A DNA stretch of 64,000 nt. Origin: Callorhinchus milii. Its lineage: Eukaryota. Location of the stretch: NCBI RefSeq assembly GCF_018977255.1, contig NW_024704743.1:18106001-18170000 (forward strand), given 5' to 3'. Within the stretch, counting starts at the first letter, position 1; every line of letters starts with the position of its first letter. Positions 1 through 10,310 of this stretch are shown piece after piece. The position numbers and the translations under genes were made by a program. The notes under the pieces are model-generated. The model was not told where the DNA came from. It saw only the letters and a program-made list of their open reading frames with translations, and searched no databases.

Positions 1-95
1 TCGGCCTTTGGGGGGAATCGTGGCGCTTCTGGTTCGAGACACCTCGACCCAGAGGGAAGAAATAATAAATGCAAACACTTTATTTCTTTTTTTCG

Positions 96-195
96 TCTTC
101 TTCTTCTTCTTCTTCTTCTTCTCTTCTCTCTCTCTCTCCTCTCTCTTTCTACTACCACCACTACTACCTTCCTTCTCTCTCTCTCTCTCTCCCTC

Positions 196-226
<31 letters not shown>
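96..226. repeat. (TTC)n / (CT)n polypyrimidine microsatellite
   Basis: Directly visible; explains ORFs 8..316 and 69..263. Confidence 0.95.
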
Positions 227-227
<1 letters not shown>

Positions 228-303
228 ACAGACCCTCTCACTCACCCCCTCTTCTCTGTCTGAGGATCGGAGATGGACTCACTCTCACGGTTTCAATGGC
301 CGG

Positions 304-347
304 AGTGAGTGAGTGAGTGAAGTGAGTGAGTGAAGTGAGTGAGTGAG
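304..347. repeat. (GAGT)n microsatellite with GAAGT interruptions
   Basis: Directly visible. Confidence 0.9.
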
Positions 348-502
348 TTGTGGATCTTCAGTGAAGTCGACGTGAAGGCGGCGTCCGGCATTTAAGCCAC
401 ACTTCGGCTCCTCACACGCCTCCAAGAGGAAAAAGCCGCCAGTTTCCCACCTGCCCCCGATCCCAGGTTCACGTGCGAGTGGAGGAGCGAATCATTTCCG
501 AG

Positions 503-1002
503 CACTACACTCACTCTCTCACACTCACTCTCACTCACACACTCACTCTCACACACTCTCACTCTCACACACTCACACACTCACACACTCACTCTCACAC
601 TCTCTCTCACACTCACTCTCACACTCTCTCACACTCACTCTCTCACTCTCACTCTCTCACACTCTCACAATCTCACACACTCTCTCACACACTCTCACAC
701 TCACTCTCACTCACACACTCACTCTCACACACTCTCACTCACACACGCACTCTCTCACTCACTCTCACACACTCACTCTCACACTCTCTCACACACACAC
801 ACTCTCACAATCTCACACACTCACACACGCACTCACTCTCACACTCACTCTCACACACACACTCACTCTCACACTCACACACTCACTCTCACACACTCTC
901 ACACTCTCTCACACTCTCACACTCTCTCTCACACTCACTCTCACACACTCACTCACACACTCACTCTCACACTCTCGCACACTCTCTCTCACACTCACTC
1001 AC
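503..1002. repeat. Compound (CA)/(CT)/(CACT)n microsatellite
   Basis: About 500 bp almost entirely C, A and T; explains the H/S/T/L-rich ORF 473..1276. Confidence 0.95.
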
Positions 1003-1126
1003 AAAGAAAAAAATCCTCAGTCCTTATCGAATTACTGTGGGTCGACTCTGTTTGAAACGGTGCCACTCTCTCTGGTTCTGTGTCACCCGTTTTGTTGGCT
1101 CACAAGTGAGTGAGGCTGAAAGCATT

Positions 1127-1225
1127 GGGAGGGATGGGAAGGAGGGAGGGATGGGAGGGGAGGAGGGAGGGAGGGAGGGAGGGATGGATGGGAAGGAGGG
1201 AGGGAGGGAGGAGGGGAGGGGAGGG
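1127..1225. repeat. (GGGA)n polypurine tract
   Basis: Directly visible; many G3+ runs. Confidence 0.9.
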
Positions 1226-1387
1226 CAGAGCATCAGGCGGGTAATCACCTGTTGGATCTCACTGACTCCCAAGTGATGGCTGTGCTGCTCACTGAGCTGC
1301 CAAAACACTCACTCAAACTTCTTTCCAGTCGGTTTAACCATCAGTACACAGGAGAGAGAGAGAGAGAAATAAAGCCCCTATTGCTTT

Positions 1388-1507
1388 TATATATATATAT
1401 ATATTTTTTTTGGGGGGGGTCTGTGAGAGAGAGAGAGGGGGAAGGAGGGAGGGAGGGAGGGAGGGGAGTGATGTGGAGAAAGAGAGCGAGAGAGAGAGAG
1501 AAGAAAG
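1388..1507. repeat. (TA)n, poly-T/poly-G and (GA)/(GGGA)n low-complexity cluster
   Basis: Directly visible. Confidence 0.85.
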
Positions 1508-1680
1508 TGGCACTTGTACACTGAACTCAACACAGAAATCTCGTGGTGTGGGGGGGTTCGGAGGGGGGGAGTGTCACTCACCCCCAGCGCCCGGACGCCC
1601 ACCCCCCGTCCCCCCCCCCCACCCTCGGCGATCCAAGGGGACCTACACCACCCGGGTCTGTGCCGAGTGAACCCAGGCTC

Positions 1681-3422
1681 GACCGTGTGAGCCCGAGACC
1701 CCCCACACCGTGACCGTGTGAGCCCGAGACCCCCCCCCACACCGTGACCGTGTGAGCCCGAGACCCCCCCACACCGTGACCGTGTGAGCCCGAGACCCCC
1801 CCAACTGTGCCCATGTGAGCCCGAGACCCCCCCACACTGTGACCGTGTGAGCCCGAGACCCCCCACACTGTGACCGTGTGAGCCCGAGACCCCCCCACAC
1901 TGTGACCGTGTGAGCCCGAGACCCCCCCACACTGTGACCGTGTGAGCCCGAGACCCCCCACACACACACTGTGACCGTGTGAGCCCGAGACCCCCCCACA
2001 CCGTGACCGTGTGAGCCCGAGACCCCCCCACACTGTGCCCGTGTGAGCCTGAGACCCCCCCCACACACACTGTGACCGTGTGAGCCCGAGACCCCCCCCA
2101 CACACACAGTGACCGTGTGAGCCCGAGACCCCCCCCACACCATGACCGTGTGAGCCCGAGCCCCCCCCACACCGTGACCGTGTGAGCCCGAGATCCCCCC
2201 CACACCGTGACCGTGTGAGCCCATGACCCCCCCCCACACTGACCGTGTGAGCCCGAGACCCCCCCACACTGTGACTGTGTGAGCCCGAGACCCCCCCCAC
2301 ACCGTGACCGTGTGAGGTGAGACTCCCCCAACTGTGACCGTGTGAACCCGAGACCCCCCCACACCGTGACTGTGTGAGCCCGAGACCCCCCCCACACTGT
2401 GACCGTTTGAGCCTGAGACCCCCCCACACTGTGCCCGTGTGAGCCCGAGACCCCCCCACACACACTGTGACCGTGTGAGCCCGAGACCCCCCCCACACCG
2501 TGACCGTGTGAGCCTGAACCCCCCACACCATGACCGTGTGAGCCCGAGACCCCCCCACACCGTGACCGTTTGTGCCTGAGACCCCCCACACTGTGCCCGT
2601 GTGAGCCCGAGACCCCCCACACTGTGACTGTGTGCGCCCGAGACCCCCCGCACACTGTGCTCGTATGAGCCCGAGACCCCCCCCCACACCATCCATGCCC
2701 GTGTGAGCCCGAGACACCCCCCACACCATGACCATGTGAGCCCGAGACGCCCCCCCACACTGTGCCCGTGTGAACCCGAGACCCCCCCACACTGACCGTG
2801 TGAGCCCGAGACCCCCCCACACTGTGACCGTGTGAGCCCATGACCCCCCCCCACACTGTAACTGTGTGAGCCCGAGATCCCCCCCACACCGTGACCGTGT
2901 GAGGGTGAGACTCCCCCAAACTGTGACCGTGTGAGCCCGAGACCCCCCACACTGTGACCGTGTGAGCCCATGACCCCCCCCCACACTATGACCGTGTGAG
3001 CCCGAGACCCGCCCCCACACCGTGACCGTGTGAGGGTGAGACTCCCCCACACTGTGACCGTGTGAACCCGAGACCCCCCCCACACTGTGACCGTGTGAGC
3101 CCCAGACGTCCCCCCACACTGTGACCGTGTGAGCCCGAGACCCCCCCACACTGACCGTGTGAGCCCGAGACCCCCCCACACTGTGACCGTGTGAGCCCGA
3201 GATCCCCCCCACACCGTGACTGTGTGAGGGTGAGACTCCCCCCACACACACTGTGACCGTGTGAGCCCGACCCCCCCCACACTGTGACCGTATGAGCCCG
3301 AGACCCCCCACACACTGTGCTCGTGTGAGCCCGAGACCCCCCCCACACCATGCCCGTGTGAGCCCGAGACCCCCCCCACACTGTGACCGTGTGAGCCCGA
3401 GACGCCCCCACACTGTGACCGT
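1681..3422. repeat. C-rich minisatellite, ~30-34 bp unit GACCGTGTGAGCCCGAGA(C)nACAC(T/C)GT, roughly 55 copies
   Basis: Directly visible tandem units with variable C-run length; source of the long Gly-rich minus-strand ORFs. Confidence 0.97.
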
Positions 3423-3774
3423 TTCCACGCTCTCGGTCGGCACTTTGCGCGATGCTTTTCACGTGTTAAGTCGCGCATTTTTTTCCGGTGATCTGTTATA
3501 AAGTCCGTGCGCGGAAACTGAGATACTTGTAAAGTGGGATCGTTTACCTCCTTTTTTTAAAAAAAAAGTGTTGACCCAGATTTAGTTCCCTGTTATTGCA
3601 GAGGCGGGGAGTGAGCAAAAATGCTGTGGTGTTTTTTTTTGGGGGGGAGGGGGGTTCCTAAGGATCGAACCTGGGCAAGTGCTCGATGCTATTTATCTCT
3701 CTTTGATTCCCTGCTCAGGACATGGATCCGATCTGGACGTTGCATGAGCCCAAATGCAGAGTCCCATCTGCCAG

Positions 3775-4146
3775 TGACTTCCTTGCGGTGGGTGTGCAAT
3801 ATACTGACTTCCTTGCGGTGGGTGTGCAATATACTGACTTCCTTGCGGTGGGTGTGCAATATACTGACTTCCTTGCGGTGGGCGTGCAATATACTGACTT
3901 CCTTGCGGTGGGTGTGCAATATACTGACTTCCTTGCGGTGGGTGTGCAATATACTGACTTCCTTGCGGTGGGTGTGCAATATACTGACTTCCTTGCGGTG
4001 GGCGTGCAATATACTGACTTCCTTGCGGTGGGTGTGCAATATACTGACTTCCTTGCGGTGGGTGTGCAATATAATGACTTCCTTGCGGTGGGTGTGCAAT
4101 ATACTGACTTCCTTGCGGTGGGTGTGCAATATAATGACTTCCTTGC
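3775..4146. repeat. Near-perfect tandem array: 12 full copies plus a partial copy of 30-bp TGACTTCCTTGCGGTGGGTGTGCAATATAC
   Basis: Directly visible; only two variant positions across the array. Confidence 0.98.
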
Positions 4147-4591
4147 TAAAAAACCTCCAAAAATGAGCCCGAATCCCAAGTAAACCGTAGCTATTTAAAC
4201 GCCTTATTCTTGCTTTCATAAATCTATTTTCCAGAAAAGTTCCGAGAGCAGCTTCCAATAAACCCGATCGGTAAATTGCGGAGCGGATGGACTGCGTAAA
4301 ATAGCTTTACTTTACAGTTTCAACTGTAGAGCTGAAATCCCCTTTGGTTTGTCGTAAGGCAGAGTGATATCCAATAGATAATTAAAGCTTCCCTCTCCCC
4401 CCCCTCTCCCCCCCCAACACCCCCAGTATTGATACAAACGAGGGCTTGACCTGCACTCCACTCCACGAGTATGGAAATAATGGATGAAGGCAAAACGAGA
4501 AGCATTTACCCTTGGGTGTGTCCAGATGTCAGGAAGCACACACCACAGCTGGCAATCTGAGTTAGTGGTTAACTTGCACTTTCATCCCTTT

Positions 4592-4910
4592 TAATAATAA
4601 TAATAATCCTTGCATTTGATATAGCGCTTTTCATGTCGGGAGGACGTCCCAAAGCGCTTCACAGAACACACTGTAAAGTGAATTGACTGTATATTTGTGG
4701 GCGAACGCGGCAGCCAATTGCGCACAGCAATGTCCCACAAACAGTCGTAGATTGAAAATGACCAATTTATTATTGTTTTGGGTTTTTTGGAGGGATTATT
4801 ATTAGGCGTGTGGAGTAAGGAAACTTGCCCAAGGTTTCGCCCTGCCTGGAATTGAACTCAGGTCTCTCACTTGCAAAGCGAGTGCTCTAACCACTGAGCT
4901 ACAGGACTCC
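4592..4910 (-). mobile_element. SINE family A (tRNA-Ala-like head, L2-type tail), internally deleted
   Basis: Reverse strand starts GGAGTCCTGTAGCTCAGTGGTTAGAGCACTCGC..GTTCAATTCC (A/B boxes) and ends GCGCTATATCAAATGCAAGG(ATT)n. Confidence 0.9.
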
Positions 4911-5344
4911 ACAAAATTAATTACTTAGCATTTTAATTACTTAGCATTAATTGCAGCAAAGCCCTGAGCAAAGCCTTGATTATCTTGAGAATGTGATCTG
5001 GCATTTGATGGTGTACTTTCCCCCTCACTCAGGTAAATGAGGAAAAAAAGTTCATTTGTTGGTCTTTTTGAAAATTTTTACAAAATCCTGTTATTACGTT
5101 ATTACATTTCGCCCACAAAGTATTCTGCGAAGGGCATTGAGATGTCTCAATGATGTGATGCTATATCAAAGGCAAGGATTAGTATTACAAAGCGACTTCC
5201 ATAAGATTTCTTGTATGTTCAATAAAATCTTTTTTTNAAGAAACCATGTTTCTTTATCATGTTTATAATTCTCTTTTAATTACTTAGCATTAATTGATCG
5301 CCAATATCCTGACATTTCTAAGCAAGAATGGTTATAATTTCAGG

Positions 5345-6135
5345 TAATGATTAAACATAAGATCAATGTGCACAAATTGTTTGACCACAGTTAGAGGATT
5401 GGGTCCAGTTTTGATTGCCACACTTCTGTGAGAATATCAGGGCATCATAATAATAATAATAATCCTTGCATTTACTACCTCACCTTGTCACCTCTTCTAA
5501 ACGTCTCAAAGCGCTTCACAGAATATACTGTGAAGTGTAGTGACGGTATATTTTGTGGGTGAAACGCGGCAGCCCATTGTGCACAGAAGTTACCCACAAG
5601 CAGTCATGGATTGAGTGACCAAATTATTATTGTTATTTAAAAAAAATTGAAGGGATTATTACCCCCCGGAAAAGCGATCCGCCAATTGATTAATAACCAG
5701 GTTCCTACTTACTGCTAGGTAAACAGAGGCATGTGGAGTAAGGAAACCTGCCTAAGGTTTCTCCCTGCTTAGGAATCGATTCTCTCACTACGCCACAGGA
5801 CTCCATAGACAGTGTAAAGCGGTGATTTGCAACAACAACTTGCATTTATATAATCCCCTTCACGCAGGGTAGTGTCACAGATCACTGGGATAATACTACT
5901 GGGTTGACTTACAAGCAGAAACTAAAAGAGCTAGGATTTTTTTTTAATGCAACAGAGAAGCTTCAGGGGCGATCTGATAAATGCCTCTAGAGTTCCAAGG
6001 TGTCTTGATTTGGTCAGCAGGTAGAAATTATTTCCTCTGGTCAGTGAGTCAATGACTAGAAGGCATCAATTTAAGATAATTAGCAAAGTGGGAGATGAGC
6101 AGGGTTCTCCTTACACAGAGAGTTGGTAGGATGTG
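5345..6135 (+). mobile_element. Old CR1 LINE 3' fragment, interrupted by a SINE (5447-5804) and an L2 tail (~5831-5885)
   Basis: Decayed ORF2 C-terminal motifs: GTCCAGTTTTG (VQFW-like) near 5403, AGAAGCTTCAGGGGCGATCTGATA (RLRGDLI-like) near 5956, and a TRGH/FTQRV-like segment at 6054-6125. Confidence 0.65.
5447..5804 (-). mobile_element. SINE family A, near full length
   Basis: Tail, central CTCTGTTTACCTAGCAGTAAGTAGGAACC domain and partly deleted head all match other copies. Confidence 0.9.
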
Positions 6136-6312
6136 AGTGACTTTGCTATTCATGTTTCAACACAACCAGCATATCCAAAGTGAAGCTATTTGCATCAATT
6201 GATTGTACGTTTAAGCCCACCATCGTGCATCTCGCTCCCTACAAGAGACTTGTTTTACACAGATTAAGACATACAAACATGAGGCGAATAATCATAAAGT
6301 GAATAAGGCAGG

Positions 6313-6707
6313 TATCAATCTGACTCAGTTGGTAACACTTCTTGGTTCTGAGTTAGAAAATTAAGGTCTTAAGAACTTTGAACTCACCGTCTAGGCTGAC
6401 AGTAATGTATTGCTGGGAAGTGCTGTATGGTCAGTGGTGCTATCGTTCAGATGAGACATAAAACTGAGATCCCGACTGCCTGTTCAAATGGACATTAATT
6501 TCCCATGATTCTACTTGAAAAAGGAATGCAGTTTCTCCGAGTGTACTGGACAACAGTGCCCCAAATAAAATTGTTCATTCACTTCATGACATTGCTTTGC
6601 GCAAATTGGCTGCCACATCTACCTATAAATGAATAGGGACAGACAACATATTACAGTAAAATCCCTTGAAGCACTTTGAGATGTCTTGATGATGTGATAA
6701 GACACTG
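6313..6707 (+). mobile_element. SINE family B (DeuSINE, SacSINE1/EshSINE1-like); tail resumes at ~7180 after a CR1 insertion
   Basis: Head GACTCAGTTGGTAACACT; Deu-like CAGATGAGACATAAAACTGAG, ..TCCCATG.. and GCGCAAATTGGCTGCC; L2-type tail. Confidence 0.8.
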
Positions 6708-7179
6708 TTTCAGGAACACCTATTATACCTATGAGGAAAGGCTGAATATGCTTGGACTCAACTCTCTTGAAAAGAGAAGGGTGAGGGGTGACCTAATAGA
6801 GGTCCTTAAAATTCTGAAAGGTTTTGATAGGCAGACATAGGGAAGATGTGGGGGAGACCAAAAACAGGGGCCATCAATATAAAATAGTCACCAATAAATC
6901 AAATAGAGAAGTCAGAAGAAACTTCTTTACCCAGAGAGTGGTGGGAATGTGAAACTTGCTACCACAAGAAGTAGTTGAGGCGAATAGCATAGATGCATTT
7001 AATGGGAAGCTAGATAGGTACATGAGGGAGAAAGGAATAGAAAATTACGTTGATAGGCTTAGTTGAGGAGGGACAGGAGGACGCTCAAGTGGAGCATAAA
7101 AGCCGGCATAGACAGAATGGCCTGTTTCTGTGCTGTATATTCTATGTAATTCTATATGTAATTCTGTGTAATTCTATGT
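6708..7179 (+). mobile_element. CR1 LINE 3' end
   Basis: YEERL..LG..SLEKRR.RGDLIEV.KI.KGFD coding remnant, NFFTQRVV, and a 3' UTR ending in (TAATTCTATG)n-like repeats. Confidence 0.9.
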
Positions 7180-7214
7180 ATCAAATGCAACAATTGCTAT
7201 ATCATATTCAATGA

Positions 7215-7400
7215 CACTACTGGATTATTGGCCAGGATACTTGAAGAAATTCCCCTCTCATTTAATAGTAACATGGGATCTTTAATGTCCTCCAGTACTC
7301 TGCTGGAATGTGAAACTGGATTATGCATTTGACCCTTGATATGGGGCTTAAATCCATAACCTTTTGACCAGATTCAAAAGTACTAGCAATTGTGCCAGCA
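7215..7400 (-). mobile_element. SINE family B fragment
   Basis: TTGGCCAGGATAC..ATAGTAACATGGGATCTTTAATGTCC matches other B copies. Confidence 0.7.
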
Positions 7401-7439
7401 AACAACCAAATCTATTGTTATTTGTTGCGTATGTCCTTT

Positions 7440-7786
7440 AGTAGGCTCTGACATGCCAGACATTCTGTGGCAGATATAAAGCATAGCTGCATTATTTGTC
7501 CTTTAGATGAGATGTTAAACGAAGTTGAGGTGGACATTAAATATCCCATGACACTATTTGAAAAGAGAAGGGAGTTTCTCCCAGTAATCTGGCCAGCAAT
7601 CCCTCAAATAGAATTCGTCACTCACTTCATGACTGTTTGTGGGACATTGCTGCAAAATTCACAGTCGCTGCTCTTTTCAGCGTATCCTGTGAAGCGTTTT
7701 GGGTTGTCTTCCCGAAATAGAAGCCGCTATACCAAATGTAAGGATTGTTATTTTTTATTATTATTATTATTATTATTATGTTATTA
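7440..7786 (+). mobile_element. SINE family B fragment with (TTA)n tail
   Basis: AGATGAGATGTTAAAC, GGTGGACATTAAATATCCCATG, CTGTTTGTGGGACATTGCTG and tail. Confidence 0.8.
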
Positions 7787-9652
7787 CAGTTTAAGTCACT
7801 CTGAAGAGATTTTCAGTGATGGTCAGCCAGACCAATAACACTGCCGGCTTACATATGAATGGATCTTACTTTTCTTAGTATGTTTGAGCTTCTTAAAATA
7901 GCTACAGTAAAACTCGCATACGTCTGATTTGCATACGTGGTACAATCGCCCAAGTTGTACATCTGCCCAAGATCCATTGAATTTCCTATTAAATCCACTT
8001 ACATCTATCTACACTAGTTGTATTAACACTCGCACAATTCGTAATGCCGCTACCTTACTGGCTGTTACCAAATTTACCAGCTGTCGGGTCAAAACTTTGT
8101 TTCCCATTCCTGCCTCAAATGGAACACCACACATTTGCACTCTGTCACGCTCCTCCCTTTCTCCCGGGGCATAACATCAACATTATTGCACAGCGGCGGT
8201 GTGTGTGTGTGTATGTGTGTGACCGAGAGAGGAAAGGGCATGAAATGAAAAGAGGGGCATTACCTCCAAATTTGATTTGAAGCCACAGACCTTGAATGAT
8301 GACCTCTAGAATCAGAAGAAACTTTATCATGCCAGTACCGTATATAAGAAGAATGGGCTACCAGAGCTGTGGTAAACATGGTACAGAAATCTTTCCTTAA
8401 TGTCAAGTTCAGTACTAGTGTATTTGTTATGTGTTAGTCTTATAAAATCCGACTTAACTTTACATAAGTCTTATATAAAATGCTCCACAAATAATAACAT
8501 CAAAAGCAAAATTTGTCGTCAGTTAAATGTATGGTCCGAACTGATATGACTTATGTGAGATTTATTGTATTTTTTTGCAGGAAATTCATATATTGTTCAC
8601 TGGGTATTTTGTTAAGCCTTTTCTGAGTTGTCTTATTAACAGTCCCAGGTGCACCAATCATTATAGGAACTATGTTTTATGCCACATTCTTGTAGATCAG
8701 TATATATTATTATTGTTATTATCATTATTATTATTTTTTAATATATATATTATGCCAGTCACCATACTATGGCAGGCATGAACCGGAGCTGTATTATTTC
8801 AGGAATCTTCCAATTTTAATTTGAGACTGGCTGCTAATGAGATGTTTAGGAGTTCGCTGTGTTGATTTGTTTTGTATGGGGAGCTACACTTGTCAGGTTT
8901 CGATGTGAGATGCGTGAGCTTGTACAGCCCAGAATAGAATACACATACATAATGATGGAAGAATTATTAACTTATAACCGATGACAATTTTGCTTCTGAT
9001 GGTATTATTTGTGGAGCACTTCAACAAATTTAAAGCTACCATGGGAGTATTACACTGTGAATATGAAATGAAATGTTTCTAATGTTTGGAATTAAGCCCT
9101 TATCAAATTCCTGTCCTCAATGACAGTAGTTGGTTGTTGTGGCTTTTGGCCAAAAACGTTATTGGATTGCAATGAAAAGTCATATAACTTTAGGAAGAAT
9201 GTTTCCTTTCTCTGTTTTCTGGGGTGGGGGGGGGGGGGGGGGGGGGGGAGGGGGTTGGGGGGGAGAAGGAAGGAGTAGCGGTTTCCAATCAGATCTTAAT
9301 TGACCTTCAGTTTGTATATGGCTCAACAACTACTACTCAAAGTGATAAAACGCTACCTTACATAGTTATCAAGTCAAATTGGTGCATGGTTGACAATCAC
9401 TTTAAGCGCTTTTAAAAACTGGAACATGTGAAATATCTTTTGATGGGAGAATGGTGCATCTTTTTGCCTCAGTGAAGTTTGATTGGAGTAAGTAGAGTGA
9501 CATTTCTATTGTGTAACAAAAATCCAATTTGGCTTCATTGTCCAACTAGGGGCTGGCAAGTTTGTCAGAGAAAAGGTCTCTTTTCTCTGATCCAGAAGGG
9601 TAAATTAGCATTCAGTACAACCATTAGTCATCCATGAGGGACAGAGGTTGTG

Positions 9653-10310
9653 ATAACAATATCCTTGCATTTGATGTAGCAACTCATCACATCATTGAAA
9701 GATCTCAAAGTACTTTACAGGATTTTACTGTAAAGTGTGGTACTCCATTTCCTATTCTACTCCACATCCCCTGCTCACCCCACCATTGGTGATTGGGCCT
9801 TCAGCCTCTCAGCCCCCATCCCCTGGAACTTCATTCCACAGTCGCTTCACCTTACTCCCTCCCTTCCTTCAAGGCCCATCTCAAGACCGTCCTTTTCGAC
9901 CATGCCTTCGGCCACCCTCGTACCCCAATTCTCCCTATCCTCCACCCTTCCTGATCCCAACCCCCAGCTCGGGTCCAAATCCCTGACTTTCCAGCACCTT
10001 GGGAGGTACTCCCGTTGTGTAAGGCATAATACAAATGTAATTTGTTGTTATTGTCGTCAAATACAGCAATCAATTTCTACACAGCAAATACAAATAAACA
10101 TGAAGTGAATGTTCAATTTTATCATCCACCTGAACAAGCAGACAAGATCTCAGGTTAATAAAAGACAGGACCTCCAACAATGCAGTGCACCACTAGCACT
10201 GTTTTGGAGTGTCAGTTCAGACTATATGAGTTCAAAGTCCTCACATGGGGCTTGAACCCAGAACCTTTTAACTCAGAAGCAATAGTGCTACCAACTGAGC
10301 CAGGCTGACA
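9653..10310 (-). mobile_element. SINE family B, split by an L2 3' fragment
   Basis: Tail at 9653-9737; body and head (TGTCAGCCTGGCTCAGTTGGTAGCAC on minus) at 10055-10310. Confidence 0.8.
9740..10054 (+). mobile_element. L2 LINE 3' fragment
   Basis: TIG..AFS..AP..WN..P..L coding remnant; 3' end CATAATACAAATGTAATTTGTTGTT shared with other L2 copies. Confidence 0.85.

Larger units (their letters stand above)
1..502 (-). promoter_or_regulatory. CpG-rich putative core promoter / 5' UTR of an unidentified gene, probably transcribed leftwards out of the window
   Basis: Unique segments 1-60 and 255-502 are CpG-rich relative to the rest of the window. On the minus strand: E-box CACGTG (470-475), RBPJ-type GTGGGAA (444-450) overlapping CAGGTG (448-453), and TATA-like CTTAAAT (390-396) about 25-35 nt before pyrimidine-CA initiator-like motifs. 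Direction is inferred. Confidence 0.4.

Noticed and set aside
8..1276. ORFs 8..316 and 473..1276
   Set aside because: Translations of microsatellites.
1387..3478. 500-620 aa Gly/His/Ser-rich ORFs on the minus strand
   Set aside because: All three frames are open and swap the same peptides as C-run length varies; an artefact of a stop-poor minisatellite.
3621..4258. Repetitive ORFs (DFLAVGVQYT)n etc., or a CRISPR-like array
   Set aside because: Head-to-tail identical 30-mers with no unique spacers, in eukaryotic DNA with no cas genes; open on both strands simply because the unit lacks stops in those frames.
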